Origin: Lepidodermella squamata
Taxonomy: Eukaryota; Animalia; Gastrotricha
Assembly (NCBI GenBank): GCA_047495785.1
Contig: JBLDXI010000014.1
Span: 558,001 to 622,000 of the forward strand
Direction of reading: 5' to 3'
Length of the DNA stretch: 64,000 bases
Shown here: one piece after another, positions 28,591 to 40,400 of the stretch
How positions within the stretch are numbered: position 1 is the stretch's first letter
Layout of the letters: every line of letters begins with the position of its first letter
Made by a program: the position numbers and the translations under genes
The notes under the pieces: model-generated
Seen by the model: only the letters and a program-made list of their open reading frames with translations
Told to the model about the DNA's origin: nothing
The model's database searches: none

Positions 28591-30268
28591 ATGCCGACGA
28601 ATCCCAAGCTGCGAGCGGGCTGGTTATATCGGATTACTTGCGGCTTTTGGTTATTTCTCGTTTGGATAAACTTGACTGAGTCACAAAGTTGGCAAGCATT
28701 AGCTCAACACTGCAACACGTGAATTTTTGTTTAAATAGACACTCCGGCACCGTTCAGGCAGTGTCCCCGTGGCAACGATACAATTGTTGGCTTCGAATAT
28801 GAACCATCGAGGTACTTGCAGAGCGTATCATCAACAATGCTCCAAATCTACCTGGGGTTGGTTATTCCGTGCGATGGGTTGCTAACTAAATGGCGGTAAA
28901 TCATTGCATGAACCACTCGGATTTTCGCAGAATTTTTTTGCCTAGATTTTTCACCGAACAGTCAAACATCGAAAATCTGTATTTATGCCTGGCTGATGTG
29001 AGAAAAACAGCGAAAGGCGAGTATCAGCTGATAGATTTTTCTTGCCCTTTGGGTGAGATTTCTATACCAAACGCCCCAGCTCGATCGTGGTACGAAATAG
29101 CCGTTCCACCCAGTGAATTTTTGCCAGTAACAAGCGGCTACGTCCTCGGTTTTTTATCACGATGATCAACATAAAATACTAATATTTCTGACATTTCAGC
29201 AATCGCATATTCGCTGTGGAACAATCCCAATGTGAAAACTATAATTCCTTACATGGCAGCTAATACTGCTCCCAACCCAGCGGCCCGCAACGCCGGGACG
29301 ACGTTGCTTTTTCAGGCAGACATTGCGTATCTAGAAAAACAGTGCTCATCAGATACGACAATTTGCACCTTGCCCAATGTTGCTCTTATATCTGATCGTT
29401 TACCGGCATTTACAGTAACACTGATTCCAAGTTAGCTTTTCTATTTTTACTCTATGCGTCAGTTAACTGAATTATCTCGTTTCAGTCGGCGTTACACCAT
29501 CTCTGCCCACAACGACTTCTTCGGTACAAACTCAGTGTTATTTTCTGCCTAGTATTTTCACCTATCTTTGAATCTTTTCAGACGACGTCGACGACGACAA
29601 CGACTACTACAACAACAACGCCAACAACCACTGTATGTTTGAGAATTCAAATCAGCATCGATTAGGATGGAAATAAGTTATAAATGAGAGCCAAATCAAA
29701 AGTTGTAATTTGCAGACGTCGACAACAACGTTGCCAACGACCACCACATCCACTACCACAACTTCCACCTCGACAACCACCTCAACTACGACGACCACAG
29801 TAAAAGCTATAATTTTAAGTACAGATTATTTTAATATCTGATGTTTGCATCAGCCGAGAACAAGAAGAACAACTACAACGCCTAGAACGACTACAACTAC
29901 CACGACGAGTAAAATTTTGCGTGTTTACCATCTACTCTTTTCTATCCGAAATTGCATGTCTCATTTTTAAAACAGCGACACCTTCTCCGACCACAACGAC
30001 GCCAACAACAGCTACAAAGAACGCCGAAACGACGACTTTTTTAACAGCAACACCTTGTAAGATCTTGATATTGCATCAGAAGTTTATGCTACTTCCTGCT
30101 GTATTAACAGCTCCTTGTATAATGCGGCCCGCAGTAGGATATTGTAGGGCTGCGTTGATCCGGTGGTACTACGAAGCGAAGCAAAATAAATGCAAATGGT
30201 ATCTGTATAGTGGCTGTGGAGCTACTGATAACCTATTTTTCGACGAGCTAACCTGCATGGAAAAATGA
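28591..30268 (+). CDS. Secreted protein with Thr-rich mucin micro-exons and a C-terminal Kunitz domain (TGA at the 6th Cys)
   Basis: Hydrophobic N-terminus, several poly-Thr small exons (29486-30056), and Kunitz C-x8-C-x15-C-x7-C-x12-C-x3-[TGA]. Confidence 0.72.
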
Positions 30269-31023
30269 GGAAGGAACTACGCTTAAAGCAAAAACTAACT
30301 CAGGAAAAGGATATTGACGTTGAGCCTTTGTCCTATGTGAAAAGTATCTTGTGATTTCAAGAGCTCGAGGGAAGCGACCACTTTATGTAATAAGTTTTTC
30401 AAAAAATAAATGGATACAAGATTTCGGCAATTATGACAAACTATCAAACGCCTTGCGGAACTGGCGGAAAAGGATGCGAAACCAACGCGGATATCGTCGA
30501 AGAATCAAAGATCGGATCCTAAATCTCAAATAAAATAAAATCATTTTATTATTTCTTACTCGAAATGATAATAATGCACCAATATTATAATAAGTTTTAT
30601 TCAGTGAGAAAATTCGAACAAGAGGACCCAAAGAACGAGATTTACACCTTCTTTATAATGATACGAAAGGCACAAACTTCATATTCTATTAATAATCATA
30701 ACAACATTCATTTCAGTTAATTTTTAACAACAACTTCAGTTTTTCTTTAACACGCAATCCTACTATCGAAGGAAGTATACCTAGCTGTAATTACCTTTCA
30801 TTGAATCTACTTCCGCAGCTGATATCTTGATCAAGGCTTTGATTTGAAACTATTACATCAAAATATCTGCAATTCAATCCAAATTGGTGGCGTGCCAATT
30901 CGGCTCTTTGATTCCTGAGCGATTGATTCCTTTTTGCTTGTGATTCCTTACCTGGATTTTTGCCGCCAAACCGGTCCAGGTGATTCTGCTAGGAAAACGG
31001 ATTGCACCACGAGAATCAGCATG

Positions 31024-31313
31024 CGATTAGATTCGAGTCAACTGAAGACCAATTTACAGTTGTAGATCTGGAAAAGCGTTCAATATATGAACCGTGCAGT
31101 AACTTTATTTGTGAAGCTTTCGACCTGGACTCGGTCGAAGTACGCGGCCTCTACATTGGCGCCCGTGGCTCACTGACAAAAGAAGCGGTAAAACTACTTC
31201 AGGATTACGGCATCAGCAGCAGCAAATCAGTGGAAATCGCCCTTCAAGTTCTAAAAGATGGAATTAGAATCCTAAATCATCATCTATACGCTAACAATCA
31301 ATCCAACCATTAA
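31024..31313 (+). mobile_element. 5'-truncated non-LTR retrotransposon, restriction-like endonuclease (R2/NeSL/Utopia-like) C-terminus
   Basis: IRFES...EKRSIYEPC...VEVRGLYIGARGS matches the RLE C-terminal pattern (xxFE...EKxxxY...xxGARG). No RT is visible upstream. Confidence 0.7.
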
Positions 31314-31873
31314 TCAAAATATTATCCAACTAAAATTAAGAAATATATACCACTGCGTCTTAAAGGCATTGTTATTATTGTTAATAACACAGTACAACCA
31401 AATAAAATGGTTTCTCTCTTATATAACAAAATTTCCATTATAGGGCGACTTTGCAGTCGGACTTGTAGCTCTTGTAGTCCTGTAGCTATTCTACTGGAAA
31501 CTTTCGATTGATTACACCGCTCCTTGCTAAAATCTTCCTTCTCGGCCACAACCCCGAACATTTCTCGTTTCAATCAGAAGAATGGCCCGTGTATATTTTC
31601 GAAATGTACTGTAGCTTGATCTGAGACTGATTGTTGCCTATATAGCTAAAAAAAATATTAGATCAACTCCTGTTATATGCTCATGAATTGTAAATTATGC
31701 ATATATAGGTATATTTATTATAGCTCATTAATTCATAATCCATTATCACGCGACTGGTTTGAATTTAGAATTTCATAGCCATTGGATGCGCTTCATAAGA
31801 ATCACAATTTTTAAATTATCAGGTCACATTATTTTAATTATTTCATTTATTGGTTTTTCATGGCGTGGAACGC

Positions 31874-34479
31874 TTAGAGCTTGGGAGACGCACGATGGAG
31901 ATCGTCTTTCCGCCCTTTCGGAATTAGCACTTGCCAGTATGGCGGCCTGTCGAAACATCCGGGCTCCCTAAGGAAAGTTTGAATAAGATTGCGATAGGCG
32001 TAACCATCGGCCGCGCCCAAAGGTGAAGCAAGAACGTAATCAGGTACGGCCACAGCGTCAACCAGGGCGATGGCGTCGGGTTTCAACTGATCACAGAGAA
32101 TAGCCTGTGCCTCGTTGATCGTCGACGACGAACTCTTCAAAAATCCACCTTCGATGAGCAACACTGAGTGCTGTTGCAGGCGCCAAATGCCAAACAACAT
32201 AAACAGCCGCTCGAGGGCGGGCACTAGCTTGGCTGACGTAGATTCGCCATGAAGCACCTCGTCATAGAAACGGCTTAGCATCATCAACTATCAGGAAAAT
32301 AAGATTATTTTCACTGTTTCATGGTAACGGAACCAACCTCGGCGAAACCGATTGCCAGTGGTTTCAAGTGTGTAGGCCCGATGGCGGCCTTTGCGGCGGC
32401 CAGGGGCTGGCCGGACTTGGTCATTGCGGCAAGGGTGTCTGCAGCTCGATTCAAACGGAACTTGACGACCCATCGGTACGCAGCCATGATAGCTGTAATA
32501 TTATGATAAAAATTTCAATGATTAGGCTAAACAAGCAATATCAACGTACTCTCAGGCTTCAACCAATCCTGAGCCACCTTGATATTTGGAATCTCGTCTT
32601 TCATCGTCAAAAACAGCAATGTTTTCATGGGTGACTTGACTTTGCCTGTTGTTTTCAAGTCTTCAAGAGCCGTGAACAGAAAGTTGGTGGTTTGAAATAG
32701 AATGACGTTGTTGTCGCCTTCATAGGTTACAACAGGGTCGAAATCAGCGCGCAAACGACCGATCTGTGCTGCCCATAAATAACCATGACCACCGCAAGCT
32801 TCACGGCATTCCTATTCGAAATGCGTAAAGGGGAAAAATCATTCAAAGTCAAGCGCTATGGATTATCAATTCCATTTCCAAATTATATAAAATTGGTTGC
32901 TATTACCTGAAGTCCATCACGCATGATGAAACCCGATACAGCTTTAGCCGCACAAGAAGTTGCATGCAGCTCCTTCCCAGTTTGGTTCTGCTCCTCACTT
33001 TTGTCACCCATTAGGATTCCGGTATGGAAAAGCACCAAGTTTTTAAACAGCGAATAAGCCAAGTGCTGCATCACATAAGTTGCAGCCAGGTATGGAAATA
33101 GCCTCCAGCGCTGCCAATGATAATTCAGAAATTCACGTAAGTTGGCTAAAAAAAATTGAGATTCACCTGAAGAGGATGTTCGATAACCGGAACCTCCGGG
33201 CCACCTTCAACAATGGCAAACTGGCGACGGACAGCAGAATATCTCAAAGCGATAGTTACGGCCATCGACAAAGCAGCTGGGCCAAAAACGCAGATTCCTA
33301 CCCTAGCAGAAGAAAGCGCGCCCAAAGCCAAGCCCTGGCGTTCTGCACTCGACTAAATTGAGAAAAATCATAATTTCAAGAATTATTAATTTGTATCAGA
33401 TATCAACCTTTGTTGGAGTAACGTATTTTCCCTCAGGTGTGACATCGGCGCTTCGATTCAGCAAATTCTCCCGGGGAATTCGAACATTATCGAAGATGCA
33501 AAAGCTAAAAATAAAAGTATAGAAGAAATTAAGTACAGTTTCTTTAAATTCGAACCCATTCTCGATGGCATTGAAGCCTATTTTCGGGCCCATATCACCA
33601 ACCATCACTCCAGGGTATGGAATTAAAGAAACTGGGTCTCGTAAAGGCACAACGAATGCATGCAGTCCCTTCTTCACTCCATCAGGAGTGATAAGCTGGG
33701 CATAGACTATTCCATGGGTCGCAGCATGGCCAAGGTTACCAACCCAACATTTCCTGCAAAATAACCCAATTTGTTTGTGCTAGCTTTAACTATGGAAAGT
33801 CATACATGTCCTCGAATTTCGGGGTATTGATGATGAACTGCTGCGTTTTAGGGTCATATGTTGCAGTTGTATTCATCGCTGAAGTATTACTGCCATGAGC
33901 CAGTTCAGTCAAGCAGAAAGCACCAAAAATCTTAAAATCAAAAGGTTTGGCGTGTTTTGCCTTCTAATTTTAAATGATCACTTCTTTATTGCGAATCTGT
34001 TCGTGGAAAGCTTGATGGCGATCACTGCCCAAAGTCAGCAATGCGTTGCCAAAAACTTGGCTACTCAAGCCAATTCGAGCACCCATCGCAATGTCGAACT
34101 GGGACAGCAATTCGCTCAATTTTTGGATTTTCAACGGGTTTTCCATTGTTTCATCCTCGTTTAGAAAGTTGTAATCGAACAATGCATTTGTCTGCCTAGC
34201 ACCAAGCTCTCTAATCTCAGGAATCGACTGATAGGACGCGGGAGATCTCCGGAACAGAGGGTCTTTTTCAAGAATCCGCAGAATGTTGTACTAAATCGAC
34301 GAATACTTATTATTTACCAAATTACGTGGGAAATTTGATGATACCTTGAACTTGAAAAGGTCGGCTCCACCCTCGTATAAAACTTTCATCTCTTTCCAGC
34401 AGAAGCTTGCTGTTTTACGATATTCGTCCAAAGGACCACTTGGTTGATTGGACAACAGACTGGCCAAGGATGGGTCCAT
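31874..34479 (-). CDS. ACOX3: Peroxisomal acyl-CoA oxidase 3
   Basis: [51 protein letters not shown] and TYEGDNNV; ends with PTS1-like PKL*. Confidence 0.9.
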
Positions 34480-34730
34480 CTTTTAGCTCTTTTAAAAACT
34501 AGCTTTGCGCAAAAACAGACATTACTTAGGCCAAATTTATTTCAGAATTATTCATGCATCGAATGCAAAGATTCTCGTTATGTATCAGACCTTGTAGGTT
34601 AACCGGAAAATGTAGCTGAAAAGCATCTCAAAGCAAATATAAATGTTTCTTACGTTTGAAATTTAATTTCATAGCGGTGAAAGAGTTACTAGTGAGCCCA
34701 CAATAGTCAAATGTCTCAAATTGCGATCGG

Positions 34731-36617
34731 TTACATCTTGACGAACGTAGCAGCAGTGGCAACACCACAGTTATTATCCTTCGGCGACATAAGAACTGCG
34801 AATAAAATACGGTAAACAAAATATTCAGACCATCTAAAGTATAACTTACCGTAACCGTCGTTGCCCCAGTAAGTAGACCAGGAATTCTGTTCGAAATAAA
34901 TTACGAACTGTTTAATCAGGCATTTAAAGGTCAAACCTTCACGAGCCAATATTCAGACCCATCCATTAGTTTGCCATAACCGACGGCCAAAACAGCGTGA
35001 TCAAGACCGCTTTCACTGTTGCTGCAAGCCGGTTCATAGTAAACACCATTGGCGTAAAAGGAGAACGACTTGTGAGAAGCGTCGATAGCGACTGAGATGG
35101 GGCCGTTGGTGGCGATAGCTTTCTTCAGAGCTTGAATGTCGCCAGATGGCACGCTGACGTATCCAGTGATATTGGCGACGCCAGAAACGTTTTGAACCTT
35201 GCACATGCCATCTTGAGCAATATAGGGACCATATTGCTCCTCGGAGGTGAGACCGTGCTTCTTGATGAATTCGTAAGCATTGAAATCTTCTCCACCATCG
35301 CAAGCATTATTGCCCTCGCCCCAAGAACAGTCGACAAGCTCTTGCTGAGAGAGACGAACGAGATGACCGGTTTTAAGGAAGTAAGCGCCTTCGACGGTTC
35401 CGGTTGTTCCAAATGACCAGCAAGAACCACATACTGCTTGATCTTTAACTGGAGTAACAGCACCGTACAAACGCCAGTCAATGTTGTCAGGAACGGCTTG
35501 AGTACCGAGGAGGTTGTGCAGCACGGGGTCGAACGACTCTGGCTTGGCAACTTTGGAAGAGCGGCGGAAGCCTCGCATGACCTTCAGCTCGTCACTAGTG
35601 CGGTCAGCCAAATGGTTGATAGCAACTCGATACGATTTTCCGGCACGATTGACTGAATGAACGTATCGGACGTTTTGCATGAAAATGCTGTTACGTAAAA
35701 GTAAACAGTCGAAGTCATCAAAATAAGCAAAATAAAAATTCATCACAATTTACCTTTTGCGGACGGCATGCTCTTTGACTGAATCGTATTCCTTGCCATG
35801 CATGCGTTGGTAATTTTCGAACAGCTCATCGTGGTGATCGCGGTAATTGTGGATATATTCAGCCAGAGGATTCATCAAGACTGAATGCTCGGCCGTGCGC
35901 TGTGATCCGGGGTTCCAATTTGAGCATTTGACATCAGCTGGGGGATCGAAGACTTCTTGATTTGGGGTGGTGGGAGAGAAATACTTGTACTCAATGACGT
36001 ACTAAACCATAAATCATAACTCATACTTGAAAAAATGATTCTTCGACTTATACCTTGTCAAAGTGGCTTCCAAACAGTGAGTCGTAGCCAATCATTTCGT
36101 ATCGGTAAGGCTGTCCGGTGACTGGGTCGACAGTGTATGTGTAAGTGTTCTTCTTGGAACCAACTTCCTCAACAAATTGCCACTGATCAGCAGAGTGACC
36201 ATTGTACTGAGTCGTTCCAACGTAGGCAAACCCGTCAAGCTCTGGAATGCCACCTTGAATGCTGGTAGAGCCATCTACTTGAAAGCATGACAACTGATTC
36301 AATACAGTTTCAGTAGAAGTATATGCTATCTTGTATGAAGATCCAGAGTCGCCACGCTGGATTGTCTTTACCAAGCCATCGTAATAATCAATACGACTGC
36401 GTTTGCCTTCAGGGTCGAAGTAAACGGTGAACTGCTCTTTAATCTCGGCATAGGGCAGCTCAAGATAGCCCGATAAAATATAGGCAGAGTACGTTGGAGG
36501 CTTCTTTACTTGCACATTAGGTTTTGCTTCTTCGAACAATTTACGACTCCAGAGAGGGAGAGGATCCCAAGCAGCGACAGCACTGATAAGAACGAGCAGC
36601 AATAGAAAAATCTTCAT
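34731..36617 (-). CDS. Papain-family cysteine protease, 26/29-kDa proteinase / CfaD-like
   Basis: Signal peptide and a long N-terminal domain (RYEMIGYDSLFGSHFDK), I29-like prodomain, and catalytic motifs QAVCGSCWSF, LDHAV and NSWS. Confidence 0.9.
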
Positions 36618-37435
36618 TTTATAATGACTTCTAAAGCGAGTAAATAAGGAAAAATAAGTAGATGCAATTTATAGTTCAGCCAAGCCTCTCGGAAGAACTT
36701 CGGAACTCCAGCATTCCAAAAATCTCGGCCAGTGGATCGTCCTCCCGTCATGCTGACTGTTAACTCTTCGGTGTCATGAGTAAATGAAATATGTATACCA
36801 TTCTGAGAACTGAGAATAGCTAAACTAAGAAACATAATCAGCGCTAGTTCGCGCCGAAACCCTAGTACGGACACACCAGACACACGCCCACGTCTTCTTT
36901 CTTCTTTCGTAACAAAGCACGAAAAGAACAGGTGACCAAAAACTAAAAAATGAACTCACTTTTCAGAAAAGCTTTTTTCGCGCCATTTGAAAAACATGAT
37001 TAGTGTTTTATTGACTGAACAGAAATTTACATTTAAATTATAAATTTTACTTTCAATTATGACCTTGACACTTATTTCTATGGACGCGTTGCTGCCTATG
37101 CATGGTTAGTCCATGTTTGGCCATCCTCTTGGACCATTTCTGTTTCCCCTAAAGAGTTTTAGACGGGAAACCGCTTTCATAATCGTCCTTCTTCCCTCAT
37201 CTTCAACCAGCTTTGTCCTGATGCTCTCAGTCATCTTCATCCTCGTGTTCTCTAATCCTATTCTGGTTAAGTACTTACTCTTGTCATCATAATGTGAGAC
37301 GGTTTGATTCGCGTTCGTCTTAATCAGCTAATGTGATCACCGATGTTCCATTGATGACTCGAAGCTGTTCGATTCGTTTGTCTTTAACAATTACCTCGCT
37401 GGATTGACGATTGAAGGAATTGACAGGAACGTTGA

Positions 37436-40400
37436 ATGATGGCCTCCTTCGCACGCGTTGAAATGTATCACCACTTACTACTTACAAACCCCACAGCCAC
37501 AGCTACTCAATGCCGAGACATTGACATCCTGATTTAGTCGATACTAAGGACCCAGCGATTACTCGCGACCTTATCAGTGACTGCAAAGGATGGCGACGGC
37601 TGATTGCTCGGATTGATTCTTCTGTGCTCCAACGTTTTAGCCTTTTTACTTCCTCTAGATATTTTTTCCACCATGAGTATTGAATCTTTAGCTGTATGGA
37701 AGGGATTTTTCCGCTCATTTGCATCGACAGCTCCTCAGAACCAGAAAGCTACCCAAAGCCATCCGTTTCGGGTTTATATCAAAGAAATTGGCGTGCCGAA
37801 GGCGCTATTTCGTCAGGTAATATTTTAGTTTCAAATCCGATTCGTCAAAGCTTACATATACGAAATTTTCTCTTTTCAGACTGAACAGAAGTCTTATGAT
37901 GTCGAGTTGAATTTGATGTTATTTGACTCCAAAGCCTTGACATTTGTTGGGAATTTGCAAAGCTCAAAGACGACATTGTCCATATCTAACAAGTCAACTG
38001 TTGAAATGGTAGGTAAAGTAAGCTAATAACCCATCTCCGAAAAGTCGGTCAGGAAGAAAAATACACTCGAATAAGATACAGGGTCTGCGGTTTTCCCTTG
38101 AATGAATGACAGTTCATGCTAGTAAAGCAATGTGATTTGACATAATCCCGATCATCAACCAGACTCAGCTTATCAATAGAAATGGGTAAATTCATTTTCA
38201 CTGCGCAAATAACTTCGTCCCTTGTCCGCGATTCCCATTTCGCTTGCGAAAATAGCCCATAATTGCACAACGGATTTTTCTGCATATCCTCGTCGTCTAT
38301 CTGATATGAGAGCAGCTTTTCAATTTCGGTTGAGTTTTACCGCAGATTCATCATCAACATGATTATTTCGATTTGCGATGAAACCGGACTGGTTTTGCGC
38401 AGTGTAACATATTCGCAATATCTGAAGATGAGGTTGATAGCTTTGTTAGGTTAACGATAGGAATAATCAAAGAGCTAATACTAGGTGTTTATTGAAATTC
38501 ATTTCTCCTTCCTGAATTTAGATATTTGAGGACGAATTTCAGATGTTGAGATCATTATAATTAGAGGGCGATGTCCGATTAGATGAGAAAATTAAAAATA
38601 GGCTTTACTTTTAGGACGGTGTTGTAATTCTCTTTACTCACTCTAAACCACTCTAATTTTAAGATGGCGTATTTTGCTGTTGAACGTCTGGATGCGGCGA
38701 AATATTTGATTATCGAGGTTTCATCGAGCGTTAAGAATCAGCCTGGCGCTGCAGCCGAACATTGCCTGGGATTTGTTGCCGTCAAGCTCGACGGTCGGGA
38801 CACAAACTTGCAAAGGCTTGTTTTCCTTCAGCAAATTTGATTCGTATTACCTTTTTCGATTTTCAGCTTGAAATTTAACAGTGGATCATCTAGAGCGTTG
38901 CTGTTCATGGACGACCCGTTAAAATGTAACTCATCCTATAGCAGGCTATTTTCATAATACGGTGTTGATTTATTTTATCCTAGTAACAACTGCTCAAATG
39001 GAAGATTTCTTCATTTCGCTACTCGTGACGCCATGGCAACCACTTGACATTGTTCGAAATATCTTTCCAGTTAATGCGTTGATCAACTCTAAAGCAGACA
39101 TTCCCGGAATAATGCACGGAGGACAAAATCCTGAGTTTCCAACGATTGGTGGGTTCGGTGAAATTGACATTTCTATCCTTATATACTATTTCCAGGTCAA
39201 GATAACTTCCATAGTCCACGAATAATGGAGTTCGATGTTTCTTGTCAGCTTAGCAAGTTTTTAGTCCGAATGCGACCTGATGTTACGAATGTTGAAAGCA
39301 CCATCCAAAATATGTTGGTCTCTGAAATTGAACAGAACCCCAAGGCAGCCACCAAACTGAAGACTACCGAGCGAAGAATTAAGGTGACAAATCTGAATGA
39401 GTTTCACGCAGTCCATAAGTGATTATTTACAGATTGCTGTTCATAACGGCGTGAGATACATCTCTGAACCCATTACAATTTCGTTAAAGCTGAGTGCTGA
39501 TGGAGCACTAACCACCGATTCCTTCAAATCTGATGTCCAGGACTTGGTTGTAAAAATTCCACGTCATCCAGCGTTTGCTATAATATTTCATCTCGAGCTC
39601 GAATTCACCGAAGTTGCTTCTTCCTCGATATTTAAAGTAAGGAAATTCCTAAAATATTCTTATAAAATGATTTTTAATTGCTTGTTACGCATTTCCAGAA
39701 AAATGCTGCGCCAAAAATGTATTCTGTTTATGCCGGATGGTCCGGGGTTGCTCCATTCGGCTTTGAGAACTTATTGCAACCCGGAACTAGTTTGACCTTG
39801 GATTTGATAGCTCCAGATAAGATGATGCAGAGTCCTGACGACATCATTCCGTGCGCACTGAAAAGCGAATCGGACTCGTCTCGCTCAAGTGGCATTGTGC
39901 TGAATGTAACCATTAATGGCGATTGGAGCGGGGCAGGCCAAATACCTGTACTTGATCCTAGACAACAAATGCAGCAGCAACAACAACTGTTCCATCAAAC
40001 TGTGCAACCCTCAGTTCCGCCAATAATTCCACATGCTCAAAATGTACCATCGCAGCAGATTCATGATCAAATTGTGCCACAACTGCAGCAAATGCAGGGC
40101 GTAACGCCTCGATTGTTCCAGCCGATGACCCCGCAAAGTGTGGCGCCGGCTTCGGATTACGCTCAACGGCAGTACCCCGTCGAAGTCAGACATCTTATTG
40201 ATGACGATCAAAAGACTGCGTTGATTGGAACAACTTTAATTCATCGCCATCCATCGAACAAAAACTTGACTGTAACTCCGGTTCACATTCCAATGCCACC
40301 CCTGCCGCCATTACCTGTCGCATCGTTACCGCGAGCTGCATACGCCCAGTTGTATGCTGCTGGATTTCCTGTTATAAGAGATCGGCATGGCGATTTGCCG

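Noticed and set aside
28719-28738. Apparent 20-nt intron in the mucin-Kunitz gene
   Set aside because: A normal 51-nt intron from the GT at 28688 to the same acceptor keeps the frame.
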